Below, in pieces: positions 18,937-28,321 of a stretch of 64,000 nucleotides of DNA (position 1 is its first letter; every line of letters starts with the position of its first letter). The notes beneath the pieces are model-generated. The model saw only the letters and a program-made list of their open reading frames with translations. It was not told the DNA's origin and did not search any database. A program made the translations under genes and the position numbers. Origin of the DNA: a virus (Duplodnaviria > Caudoviricetes); the IMG/VR virus record IMGVR_UViG_3300005985_000001, positions 19,742 to 83,741 of that record, one strand, 5' to 3'.

Positions 18937-19926
18937 CTACTCGGAACGTTCCGGGCGTAGTTTGGTAAACACCAGTACCTGTTTATGTTCCAGGTAGCTG
19001 CTTTTCCACTCTTGGTCAGTCAAAATAGTTTCGACCAAGAGCCATTGGGCATGAGGGCAGAATCCGGCTTGATACAGCCCATTAGGACCATAGAACTCTG
19101 CGACTTGAGGCATGGGATAGTAGAAAATCTGATTGACCTGATCGTTGATTTCCATTGTTTCTTTTACCTTTCCCAGCGCCAGTAAATGACGTTTTTGCCT
19201 TGATGGTCTTCGTAGAAACCCATCTTGAACATAATCTTGCGCAGCCAGCGACGACGATTGGTTGAGATCACAAACATCTTAGGCATCGTACAATCGCGGT
19301 AGACAATCACGCGATTTTCGCCGAATGTCCCTTCGTAAATCATGATCACATCATGCATTCTACTACTCCTTGTTTATCCAGATCAAGACGAACGGGGGAT
19401 TAGTTCTCTGTGTTAAAGAACCTGCTCAAGCGTTGAACCAAGTCATACAAATGCTCATCCCGATACCGATACGGAATCTTCAAACTCTTGCCAAGTTCGT
19501 TTTCCGTGAAATGGCTGTTGCTGTGATGCCCCCAGCATCTCCCATCGGAATAGTAGTATCCGATCTCTACGCCATCCAGATAGATCGGATACCGTTTGTC
19601 CATGCCCACTGCTTTTGTGGGCGTGCCATGTGTGATTTCCATAGATTTATCCTCCAAATTAGAGAACGGATGATTAGTCTCTCTTCCTTCTCCCTCCCCG
19701 CCTACCGGTCCATCAACGCGGTTTCAATCTGGGCATAGGCACGAGAAGCAGCCTGATACAGCGGATGATCTTCCGGGTAAAGCGTCTGCACGTTACGCAG
19801 CACTTCAATGAAGGCATGGGTGGCGGAAATCACCACCTGGAGGGCATCCAGACGGGTACTGAGATCCATCTGTTCATCGTAGAGCAGGGCATACAGATTG
19901 AGGATATTCTCGGTGATGGTGAACAT
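18937..19926 (-). other. four consecutive small hypothetical CDSs (18937-19155, 19164-19358, 19400-19657, 19702-19926)
   Basis: Head-to-tail ORFs, most with purine-rich RBS. Confidence 0.65.
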
Positions 19927-19957
19927 GGGGGTATTTCTCCTTCTGCCTGAGTGGTGG

Positions 19958-20179
19958 TCAGGGTGTTTGAAATGCGAGTTCTATGAGTTTCTTGATCGAG
20001 CGATGATGCTTTTTGCCGTTCTGTGTGAGTACCACCGTATCATCAACCGAGAGATACACAGCTTTCTGGATCCTGCGAACTCTCCCTTTATTCGATATTT
20101 CATAGTCCGGGAACTCCGAGATTGACTTCCAGAGCTCTTCAACAATGGGTTGTTTCTTGGGTCTTGGCCCTAAAAGCAT
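19958..20179 (-). CDS. NUMOD4-containing protein lacking a recognisable HNH motif
   Basis: EELWKSISEFPDYEISNKGRVRR. Confidence 0.75.
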   Translation of the reverse strand: MLLGPRPKKQPIVEELWKSISEFPDYEISNKGRVRRIQKAVYLSVDDTVVLTQNGKKHHRSIKKLIELAFQTP

Positions 20180-20294
20180 GTTACCTCCGTTACATTTCTT
20201 CCCTCATCCTATGGTCTAACCCCCCCCCTAAATACACATTTCTTCCCGTGAGGTGTTACCGAGGTTACAGGACTGCGGAACGTTCCGCGCATGG

Positions 20295-20504
20295 TTAGGC
20301 ATTGAGTTTTGAGTTGATCCAGACTTCTGCGCCAATGACATAGAAAGGCGCATGGGTATCCAGTACCCATCCATTAACCTGAAGCATGTCGTGGATCTGG
20401 GCAAGGCGCTTCTCAGATGCTTCGTAGTAGCGAGGTTTTTCGTTAGTCCGCTGAAAAGAGACGGTGAGGAATCCCCATGACCAAAAGATAATGCGTTCGA
20501 GCAT
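20295..20504 (-). CDS. hypothetical protein
   Basis: 69-aa ORF, GAAGGAGAA RBS. Confidence 0.7.
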   Translation of the reverse strand: MLERIIFWSWGFLTVSFQRTNEKPRYYEASEKRLAQIHDMLQVNGWVLDTHAPFYVIGAEVWINSKLNA

Positions 20505-20548
20505 CGTGTATTCTCCTTCAAGGTCTGTGTGGTGCAGACGATGTACCT

Positions 20549-20561
20549 ATTATACTACGAA
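20549..20561 (-). promoter_or_regulatory. sigma70-like -10 element TTCGTAGTATAAT (copy 2)
   Basis: Identical to 14917-14929. Confidence 0.7.
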
Positions 20562-20684
20562 TTGCTGTGGAGAACCATGCAGGTTTCGCAGACCGGGACG
20601 GTTCCTCGTCCTGGCACGGTCATAGTCCTTCAGCGGTCAAAGTCCTGTTGCGTACAAGGGGTACAGGGGTCGGAAGCATGGTGG

Positions 20685-21065
20685 CTAATCCCCGAATTCA
20701 AGGATGAACTTCTGCCCGAATTTGGCATTGCCCACCACCTTGATCTGCTCCAGGATCATCGGGATGTATTGGTGAAACACGGGAAACTTGAAGCCAGTCT
20801 TCAATAGATAGGTCATCTCCGTTGCTTTACCGCCGAACAAAAATGAAGCCACATGCCAGATCGACTCTTCGCCACCACAACTGGGATCATTGACCGGTGT
20901 ATAGAAGCGTTCCCAGTTGTTTGGGATGACCACGGGTGCAGGCTTGGACACGGGCTTGGGAGGTGGAGCCACCACATTGGTGGCTCCCTTCGGTGAGTAC
21001 ACTGGCAGCAATGCGGCGAGATCCGCAGGCACTGCCGAGAACAGACCCTCGTTACTCTGCATCAT
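20685..21065 (-). CDS. hypothetical protein with Pro-rich linker
   Basis: 126-aa ORF coupled to the upstream gene. Confidence 0.7.
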   Translation of the reverse strand: MMQSNEGLFSAVPADLAALLPVYSPKGATNVVAPPPKPVSKPAPVVIPNNWERFYTPVNDPSCGGEESIWHVASFLFGGKATEMTYLLKTGFKFPVFHQYIPMILEQIKVVGNAKFGQKFILEFGD

Positions 21066-22023
21066 CCACCTTCCCGAAGGTCACGAGACCGGATAACTTG
21101 GCTAACTCACTGCGATAGGCTTTGTCCATCTTGGTGATCACCAGATCAAGGAACTTCTGCACGCCTTCTGCATCCTTCGCACGAGTGAAGATCTCGAAGG
21201 CAGGCAGGGTACGCCCCAGCAGCAGCCAGGCTTCCAACTGGTACTTGTTGACGATGCTGTTGACATTGATGTGGGTCAGTCGATGATACTGAACAATCTG
21301 ATTCTCGTTCAGTCCGGTGAAATCGCGCTTGGAGACCAATTGCTTCTGGTCGTCAGATGCTTCACCACGCGCAACCGCTTTTAATGCGGCATTGAACTTG
21401 TCTGTATATTCATTCCAGTCATTAGTGCGCTTCTCAATCGCCACGTTCACCGGATGCGCGTTGCCGGTGGTGAGACCGATCAACTGCCCGAAGTCATTGA
21501 ACTGCTTGCTGGCATAGTGCGCGGTGTAGTACACCTGCTTGTCGATCTCGTTGCGACGACCGACCACTGCCCGATCCTGATCGCCTTCCAGGTCCAGCAG
21601 GTTGAGGATACGCACATCTGCACTCAGTTCCGCAGCAAAGGCACGATGAATGCCTTCGCTATGATAAGCCAGCGCACGGGCAATCTGATCCATCTGGATG
21701 TTGTTCTGGTACACCACTGGTACCCCCGCTTTGCGGCTGCCCTGGGTGGTGCGGGTCAGCCCGATCATGCCCAGCGTCAGCAGTTCTTCGAAATGAGCAC
21801 GCACGCTCATGGCGTCAATCTGTTCTTGGGTGTAGCTCAGCCGAGCCGGAAGCGCGGAACGTTCCGCCCAGGTACGGATCGACGGGTTGACAGGCGCAAC
21901 TTCGGTCACGGGGGTTTCGGTGATAACTGCTTCCATATTCACATTCTCCTCATTGATAACCGGCGCAGGGGTGTTACCGTTCATGCCAAACAGGGTGTTC
22001 TTGCCAGTACGACGATTAGCCAT
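21052..22023 (-). CDS. 323-aa protein of unknown function
   Basis: Long ORF, GAAGGAGAA RBS; no motif recognised. Confidence 0.8.
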   Translation of the reverse strand: MANRRTGKNTLFGMNGNTPAPVINEENVNMEAVITETPVTEVAPVNPSIRTWAERSALPARLSYTQEQIDAMSVRAHFEELLTLGMIGLTRTTQGSRKAGVPVVYQNNIQMDQIARALAYHSEGIHRAFAAELSADVRILNLLDLEGDQDRAVVGRRNEIDKQVYYTAHYASKQFNDFGQLIGLTTGNAHPVNVAIEKRTNDWNEYTDKFNAALKAVARGEASDDQKQLVSKRDFTGLNENQIVQYHRLTHINVNSIVNKYQLEAWLLLGRTLPAFEIFTRAKDAEGVQKFLDLVITKMDKAYRSELAKLSGLVTFGKVDDAE

Positions 22024-22037
22024 TAGATTTCTCCTTC

Positions 22038-23199
22038 TTAGAGTGTGGTAAACGCGAGTAGATCAAGAGGCTGTGAAACAACCATGCGAATACGCCGAAG
22101 CGTCCGACCGAACCGTACTTCTTCTGCCAACTCCTTCCAGCACAAGTTGGATATAAAGTCCTCTTCCCAGGCCCCACAGGGAAGATTCGCCTGATTGACA
22201 GCACGGACTTCTGCCATACGCTTCATAAACTGGATCTGTGCTTCAGTGAACATGATGTATGTAGCGACCTTTCTATAGGGGATGCTCTATGGACATGTAT
22301 ATAGGGCGATGCTTATCCATCGCCCATTGTTGGGTATATGCTTACCTACTGACGGTTGCGGAAGTTCTTGAACACTTCACTGTCCTGAATACGCTCCAGG
22401 TGACGCTGAGCAGCCATCTCATGCCCATAGACCTTTGTCACCTTCCGGTTGAGGATGTTCTCAGTGCGACCCGTGCGAGGGTGATACTCATAGGTTGCCA
22501 GGAACACAGCATACCCACCATCAAACGACTGCACTTCGAACTTGCTCGTGCGTTGAATCCTGTTTGCGTTCATTGTTGATACTCTCCTTCATATAGCCTG
22601 CATGGTGCAGGCAGAACCCACTTAGCTAGACTTCTTTGCTGCAAGACGAACAATCGGGGTGATTTCAAGCGTGTCCGCATCGATGACAAACAACCGTTTC
22701 TCAGTAGCAGCATCTGCGACATAGTGCTTGGTGATGCCATTCACGGAGACCGAGCTAATCACGAACTTCTGCTGAGCAGCCTTCAGCAGCACCATATCCT
22801 CAGTGGTGAGCAGGGGCTGTGTGGCTGCCTGACCGACAAACTCTTCGTCCGAATGACGCTTGCCCACGATGACGTTGATGACCACGAATACGATGAGGAT
22901 GGTTGCCATGCCTGCGATAAACCATTCCATGTGTATGCTCCTTAGTCCTGATACATCCAGCCAAATTGCATTTCATGCTCGACTGCCTTGAGGCGCACCA
23001 GATCGCCCTGACGCAGCACCAGAATTTCCATCTGCGTGCAGGCGTCATCCATCGAGCAGCCTGTACGAACCATCAAGGCAATCGCCTCATCGACCCGAAC
23101 ATCCTGCGTATCAATGAATGGCTTGACCGACTTTGCCGCTTTGTTGCCCCGTACCATGCTCAACAGACCCATTTCAACTGCTCCTTGTGTAGGACCCAC
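22038..23199 (-). other. four small hypothetical CDSs (22038-22253, 22346-22573, 22622-22930 with N-terminal TM helix, 22942-23199)
   Basis: Head-to-tail ORFs with RBS. Confidence 0.65.
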
Positions 23200-23437
23200 C
23201 GAATAAAGAGGACATGCAGGCTCCAGATCAAAAACACGCCTCAGAGGACGTGTTTCACTGATGGAGTTATGAGGTTGTGTACTGGTTTATTGTTGCTCGA
23301 CGGTACGCCGTACTCTCGCGGTCAACATATTCCTGCGGAGAGAGTCTGGATGCGGACAAACTACTATCGCGCACCAAAGATGATGCACTTTATTCTCCTT
23401 TCCTAATGGATCTCTGAAATAGAGACGCCAAAACCAC

Positions 23438-23460
23438 AGTGGGGGAATTGCACCCCCACT
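23438..23460 (-). terminator. probable terminator hairpin
   Basis: AGTGGGGG/CCCCCACT stem, followed by GTGGTTTT on the minus strand. Confidence 0.55.
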
Positions 23461-23480
23461 ATGTCCTACTAGGACTGTGG

Positions 23481-23948
23481 TTAGTAATGATGGATTTCAC
23501 CATCTTCGACCAGGATAATTAATTGGACCTTATCCCAGTCGTCGCCAAAATCATCAGTCACAGTTTCTGTGACACTGACTTCAGTAGAGTGGTCATACAT
23601 TTCCCCTTTGCAGTCAAAGAGCATTGTATGCCAGGTCGATATAATCACACTGCTTACGTCATAAACAGAGCGTGTGCATCGCTCTGCCCTGCCGTTCGTG
23701 TGAAATCTCCAACGAGCTACACCGAGGTCAACAAATGCGCGATGACCCGCCTCGTTGCCACCCAATTCCATGACAAACTTTTCGCTGTCATGAAACATAT
23801 TCTTGAATTCGGACACTGAAAGCCCTGCCCGAACAAGATCTTGGCGCATGAATACTGAAGCCGATTGACGCAGTTCTCGCGTCACGTTTGTTGCTGAGTT
23901 AGTCACGATGTGACCACCCTTTCCCGCCTCGCGGCGAAATTCGAGCAC
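23481..23948 (-). CDS. hypothetical protein (first gene of the leftward arm)
   Basis: 155-aa ORF; start uncertain. Confidence 0.65.
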   Translation of the reverse strand: MLEFRREAGKGGHIVTNSATNVTRELRQSASVFMRQDLVRAGLSVSEFKNMFHDSEKFVMELGGNEAGHRAFVDLGVARWRFHTNGRAERCTRSVYDVSSVIISTWHTMLFDCKGEMYDHSTEVSVTETVTDDFGDDWDKVQLIILVEDGEIHHY

Positions 23949-24357
23949 AATCCGGTGTTCGTCGGTTGCTGCACACGCAGCGAAGATAGAGGAGGCCCCC
24001 TAGCTCACTTTTGCCTCGAACCTCTTTCTTCACTAGGTGCTTCTCCCTCGGAAGGGTCAAAAACAAAAGGGGTTGCAGAATGACCACATCTTCGCTAGGA
24101 TCAGCAGTGGAGCAGACAACCGTCCGCAACGTACTCTGCTCCGATGAGTGACTCAGGAGACAGGGGTTTTTAACCATGTGGCGTGGCATCCCCTGTCTCC
24201 GCTTGTTGTAACCTTCGATGAATCGATCAAAAACCTACGAACAAACTACGTATTACCGCTTCCACTTAATCTTAAGGGTTTGTGAATCCAGTGAGGACTA
24301 TGATGTAGACATTGCAAGAGACTTAGGAAGGGATTTGCGAGGTGCATTACAGATCGC

Positions 24358-24387
24358 TTGATTTTCCATAAAGACTTGTTATATAAT
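24358..24387 (+). promoter_or_regulatory. sigma70-like promoter for the rightward arm
   Basis: TTGATT-18 nt-TATAAT within the divergent intergenic region. Confidence 0.6.
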
Positions 24388-24443
24388 TGAGCCAAATGTT
24401 CTAAACAGGGACACCACCCCTGTCGAAGGAGAATACATCCAAT

Positions 24444-24851
24444 ATGCGACGGGTTCACTGCGAATGCGGCTGCGGCACAAGCTACCCTCCATCACAGATT
24501 GTTGTGCGCAGAAACAGCTACGGGCGTGAATTCCTGTATATTCCTCATGCCCTTGATCTGATGGGGTTATTTCGTCCTCCGCAGGAAATTCGTGTTAAGC
24601 TTGACGCCTGTCAGGTAGGTACCCACGAATACATTCTGCCGGGGGACGATTTTTATGCCTGTGCCTTAGCAGGCTGCCTCCCCGATGATTTTGTACGCCA
24701 TGAATCGCAGTATGGACCCTATTGGGTACGGACTATTCCGCGAATTCGTGCCCAATGGGTAACAGCTACAGAAGTATCTGGCACGATAACTATTAATAAA
24801 AACCCGCTTATTGCATCGCCCTCTGTGCCCCTTCAGATCAAGCTTAAATAA
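24444..24851 (+). CDS. Cys-containing hypothetical protein upstream of terL
   Basis: CECGCG N-terminus; GAAGGAGAA RBS; TAATG coupling to terL. Small terminase by position only. Confidence 0.7.
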   Translation: MRRVHCECGCGTSYPPSQIVVRRNSYGREFLYIPHALDLMGLFRPPQEIRVKLDACQVGTHEYILPGDDFYACALAGCLPDDFVRHESQYGPYWVRTIPRIRAQWVTATEVSGTITINKNPLIASPSVPLQIKLK

Positions 24852-26590
24852 TGGCGAAATCCTTATACCGTTTAACAGAAGGCGACAAGGCGATCTTTGC
24901 AAAGATCCCTGAATCGCCGAACTACTTCACGGATTACTATATACGCGGGGACGCAACCGGAACCTGGTGGCGACCGGTCGAAGAACACTCCAGTGTTCCA
25001 GAAATTCAGGAAGTCATTGACAAGTGGGTACGCGGCTACGACATCCTCAATAACAAGTGGCGATCACTTGGTAAGCCCGATATTTTCGAGCACCGAAATC
25101 GTGAGTACATCGTCCATTACGAATTGGACTTTGAGTATCCGGCATTTCATGATCATCATGGGTTTATCTTTCTGCCCTGGCAATTGCAGTATTGGAATGC
25201 CAAGCAAACGACAAAAATAATTATTGGTGGCTATGGGAGCGCGAAGACATCTGGCACATTGGTTGCCAATTTGATTCGTATGGCAACTCTTCGCCAGTAC
25301 ACCTGCTATGTGGTTGCGGAATACTCACGTCAGGCACAGCAGGTATTCATTGATGCGAAGAACCTGCTCACGGGTACGGAATACGAAAAGCGATTCCTGC
25401 TTCGCTCCAGCAACGACACCGGCTGGGTTACGAAACCTACCTACAAGCTCACCGTGAAGAATAGTCAGTGTATTGAATCGACAATGGAATTCCTGTCGAT
25501 TGAGCAGGACCCGGCAAGGATCAAAAACCTTCAGGGGGATGCCTTCCACATCGAGCAAGCTGAGCAGTTTAACAATCTGGATCAGGTGATGGAGTATCTG
25601 GGTTCCCGCTTGCGTGGGCAGGTGGGTGGACGCCCGCGCCTGGGATTGATGGAGTTTGTCGCCAATTCTGAAGAGTCTGGAAATCCTCAGCTATGGGATC
25701 TTGCCGACGAAGCTCTGACAGATCCAAAAGGCTACTTTTTTCTTCAACCAGAAACCTTCGACAATATCTACATCACACCAAAGCAGTTGATCGACATCGA
25801 AAAGCGAATGCCCAAAGACCCGGAGCATAAGGATCGTGCGCTCAAGGGCGCGCGTCCGCTGGGCAGCGGTGAGCATTTTCCGAAGAAAAGCCTCGAAAGA
25901 TGCCGCTCTAAAATGCTCGATGACAAGATGCAGACAGGGCGTGAGGCGCAACTACCGGGTTATGTGCTCAAAAAGAAGGAAAAGGCACAGGTGGTTGAAT
26001 GGGCAATGCCACCTGAAGAGGATCATCTGTACATCCTGGCGGCTGATCCCGGCTACAGTAATCCCCCCTATCGAAACTCGCCTGCATTATTTGTCTTTGA
26101 CATCACGGATTACCCGCATATTCCCGCGCATCTAACCGCCTTTGCCTGGCCAGATGGGAACAATTCTCCCGAACCCTGGATTGCGAAGTTTCTGGAATTT
26201 GCGGCGACTTATAAGTGTCAGAATCGCTGCGCCTTTGATGCGACTGCCTGGCAGTCGGGCTATGAGCGTGAGTTGCATGGTTTAACTGATCTCAATCCCT
26301 GGCCGGTGAAGCTGAATATTGCGACCAAAGCGACCTACCTGAATGCGCTGAAGACTTTGATGAGTCAGGGCAAACTTCAGATCCCGGATATTCCGTTGGT
26401 TTTTTCACAGTTATCCAATTACAAGTTGCCGGATGACAAGCTGCGTCAGGATTTGGTGATGGCGCTGCTCATTATCGCCGGACAGATTGATTTCATGTTC
26501 TCGGGTTTTACCGATGATCAAGAGAAGAAACCCACTCAGCAAGAAGAACGTTATGGCTTTCATAGCCGAGCAGGAGTACACGCACGATGA
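24851..26590 (+). CDS. terL: terminase large subunit
   Basis: GGYGSAKT Walker-A-like, FHIEQAE Walker-B-like, ILAADPG and QDLVMAL nuclease motifs; upstream of portal. Confidence 0.9.
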   Translation: MAKSLYRLTEGDKAIFAKIPESPNYFTDYYIRGDATGTWWRPVEEHSSVPEIQEVIDKWVRGYDILNNKWRSLGKPDIFEHRNREYIVHYELDFEYPAFHDHHGFIFLPWQLQYWNAKQTTKIIIGGYGSAKTSGTLVANLIRMATLRQYTCYVVAEYSRQAQQVFIDAKNLLTGTEYEKRFLLRSSNDTGWVTKPTYKLTVKNSQCIESTMEFLSIEQDPARIKNLQGDAFHIEQAEQFNNLDQVMEYLGSRLRGQVGGRPRLGLMEFVANSEESGNPQLWDLADEALTDPKGYFFLQPETFDNIYITPKQLIDIEKRMPKDPEHKDRALKGARPLGSGEHFPKKSLERCRSKMLDDKMQTGREAQLPGYVLKKKEKAQVVEWAMPPEEDHLYILAADPGYSNPPYRNSPALFVFDITDYPHIPAHLTAFAWPDGNNSPEPWIAKFLEFAATYKCQNRCAFDATAWQSGYERELHGLTDLNPWPVKLNIATKATYLNALKTLMSQGKLQIPDIPLVFSQLSNYKLPDDKLRQDLVMALLIIAGQIDFMFSGFTDDQEKKPTQQEERYGFHSRAGVHAR

Positions 26591-27405
26591 ATTGGAACGA
26601 ATTCTGGTCAAGACCTTTTACGCTCCTCAAAGGCGAAGAAGTCTATGGCGAGGGTGTTGAATTCTCGAATGGATTTTGCGCCATTCTGTTCCACGAAGAT
26701 CGTCCAAATTTAAGAGCTTATCTCGATTTTACAGCAATGTGGGATGAAGAAGTTCAGGATAAAAGCGATATTACGTTCATAGGGTGGATTGAAGAATGAA
26801 ACAACGAATCGCAGGACTTATTTTTGACCTGAAACAGAATTTCTATCGCGGGCTGTACTTCAACTGCTGGGCGATCATCAACCGGCTCAGTGATGTTGCG
26901 GAATGGGCAGGGCGGCGAACCGCAACGGCGCAGAAGCGTGAAGATGGCTACGAAGGCGGAGAACGTTACCCCTGGCGACCGAGATATTAGATGAACTTTA
27001 TCCAGCTTCGGAATGCACTCGAATTTATTGAAGCGGAGTTACGAGAAGAAATTCTTGACCACTTTTGGTCTGGGAAATTGAAGTCTGTGACTTTTCACTG
27101 CGATCTGGGTGATTTAGAACATCAGTTAGATTCAGTTGAGCCAAATTCGTATAAGACACTTCATCGCTATGTTACTTACGAATTGCACGATTGAGGACCT
27201 ATGGCACATCTTCTCCGAAGTCTTCGACGCCTGTTTCCCCGATGTGTCGGTTCTCGCGGTTTTCCAATTATCGCCTGGGAGATTCCTTTTAGTGGCGGAC
27301 GCACACTCGTTGCGTATTGTGCTGGCGGATTACGCTTCCGAGACAGAATTACACTTACGCAAAATCGCCTGGATTCATCAGATACTCGATAGTTTGGAGG
27401 AGTAG
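26587..27405 (+). other. small inserted CDSs (26587-26799, 26796-26990, 26991-27194, about 27190-27405)
   Basis: ATGA-type overlaps for the first three; the last has an unclear start. Confidence 0.55.
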
Positions 27406-27493
27406 ATATGTCAGATTTTTCAGAAGCAGTAACATCAACCAGTTTTGGCGTCGGCTGCATAGTCGGTATCGCTATTACACAGTTGGACTTCGA

Positions 27494-27670
27494 ATGAATC
27501 TCATTTCATGGCAGGATAAGGCATGGATGTGGTTTGTCTGGAAATTGCCCCGCACCTTGATTTATTGGGCAGTCAATTTATGCCTGGGCAAGAATACTAC
27601 GTGGATTTTACGCCCGCAGACAGTCAATGACGGAACGTTCCGTGAGGGATTAGGATCGATTTTGCCCTAA
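27494..27670 (+). pseudogene. probable chimeric gene remnant
   Basis: MNLISWQDKAWMWFVWKLPRTLIYWA; an overlapping frame reads QFMPGQEYYVDFTPADSQ*. Confidence 0.35.
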
Positions 27671-27676
27671 TCCCTC

Positions 27677-27704
27677 TTGACAATTCAAAATAAGGCATTA
27701 CGAT
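27677..27704 (+). promoter_or_regulatory. sigma70-like promoter
   Basis: TTGACA-16 nt-TACGAT, preceded by an 11-bp hairpin (27644-27676). Confidence 0.5.
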
Positions 27705-27750
27705 TAAGTCATCCTCTTAATGTAACACCTCAACTAAAGGCATTCACCAC

Positions 27751-27963
27751 ATGCCCTTTGATCCAACCTTCGACAACTGCGCGGATTTTTTCCCAAAAGG
27801 TTGGCTCTGTCCCGGCTGTAAGACCGTTCATGCGCCGTTTGTGAGCACATGTGACTGCCAGAAGCCGAAAACCCAGGTGGTAAAGTTCCACACCATGATC
27901 GCCAATCCCTTTTTCACCTTTGTGTTTGAGGACTCCGGCGAAGTCCCTGCGTTTGCACTCTAA
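27751..27963 (+). CDS. small zinc-ribbon protein
   Basis: GWLCPGCKTVHAPFVSTCDC, a motif recalled from small phage proteins. Confidence 0.7.
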   Translation: MPFDPTFDNCADFFPKGWLCPGCKTVHAPFVSTCDCQKPKTQVVKFHTMIANPFFTFVFEDSGEVPAFAL

Positions 27964-27966
27964 TAC

Positions 27967-28039
27967 ACTTTCGTAGCTCAGTTGGTAGAGCACCGATCTC
28001 CAAAATCGGAAGTCAGAGGTTCGAATCCTTTCGAGAGTG
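27967..28039 (+). tRNA. trnW: tRNA-Trp(CCA), 3' CCA not encoded
   Basis: Acceptor ACTTTCG/CGAGAGT; D arm TAGCTCAGTTGGTAGAGC; anticodon arm CCGAT-CTCCAAA-ATCGG; T arm AGAGG-TTCGAAT-CCTTT. Confidence 0.95.
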
Positions 28040-28156
28040 CCTTAGCCCGACTGGGCTAAACACCGAAAACCGTCCGTATGGCGGCTGTTCTCATCGAGGA
28101 ACTAGGTGCTGCCATGTCTCTGTGCATGGAATCGTCGTCATGACAGCGACGAAAGT

Positions 28157-28277
28157 CTGATGATGGCTGAGCGGTTGAAGGCAATGAGATAGAGATGCGC
28201 TATCTCTGGGGCGCTGTGATGCTGTTCGCAACAGCAGGATACAGTTGCATTCGCAGGTTCGAATCCTGCTCATCAGA
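28157..28277 (+). ncRNA. tRNA-like RNA with an expanded anticodon domain
   Basis: Acceptor CTGATGA/TCATCAG, class-II-like D arm TGGCTGAGCGGTTGAAGGC, T arm GCAGG-TTCGAAT-CCTGC; 70 nt between D and T arms with two hairpins. Confidence 0.7.
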
Positions 28278-28321
28278 CGAGTTTTTCCTCGCAGTATCCC
28301 TCAAAGTTATATCTCCTTTTT

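Noticed and set aside
20220-20228. C9 homopolymer as a phase-variation tract
   Set aside because: Intergenic, with no convincing ORF or promoter spacing dependent on it; could be a sequencing length error
20965-20987. 10-bp stem GGAGCCACCA/TGGTGGCTCC containing CCACCA
   Set aside because: Lies inside a CDS, the motif is in the stem rather than the loop, and no SD follows
1911-22050. Additional CACCAC-like leaders at 1911, 17252, 18478 and 22044
   Set aside because: A loop-like sequence and the SD are present but the stem is weak or absent, so they were not counted among the 12 clear copies
773-23406. Plus-strand ORFs in the left arm (e.g. 10658-11377, 21454-22026) and minus-strand ORFs in the right arm (e.g. 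34787-35773, 43603-44739, 45441-46283, 51261-52184)
   Set aside because: Antisense shadows of well-supported genes, with no RBS and no recognisable motifs
28147-28163. Hammerhead ribozyme (GAAA and CTGATGA present)
   Set aside because: Only 2 nt separate GAAA from CTGATGA, leaving no room for stems III and I; CTGATGA is fully used as the acceptor stem of the tRNA-like element
28157-28277. tmRNA or tRNA-Sec
   Set aside because: No tag reading frame, far too short for tmRNA, no G3-U70 pair; no UCA anticodon
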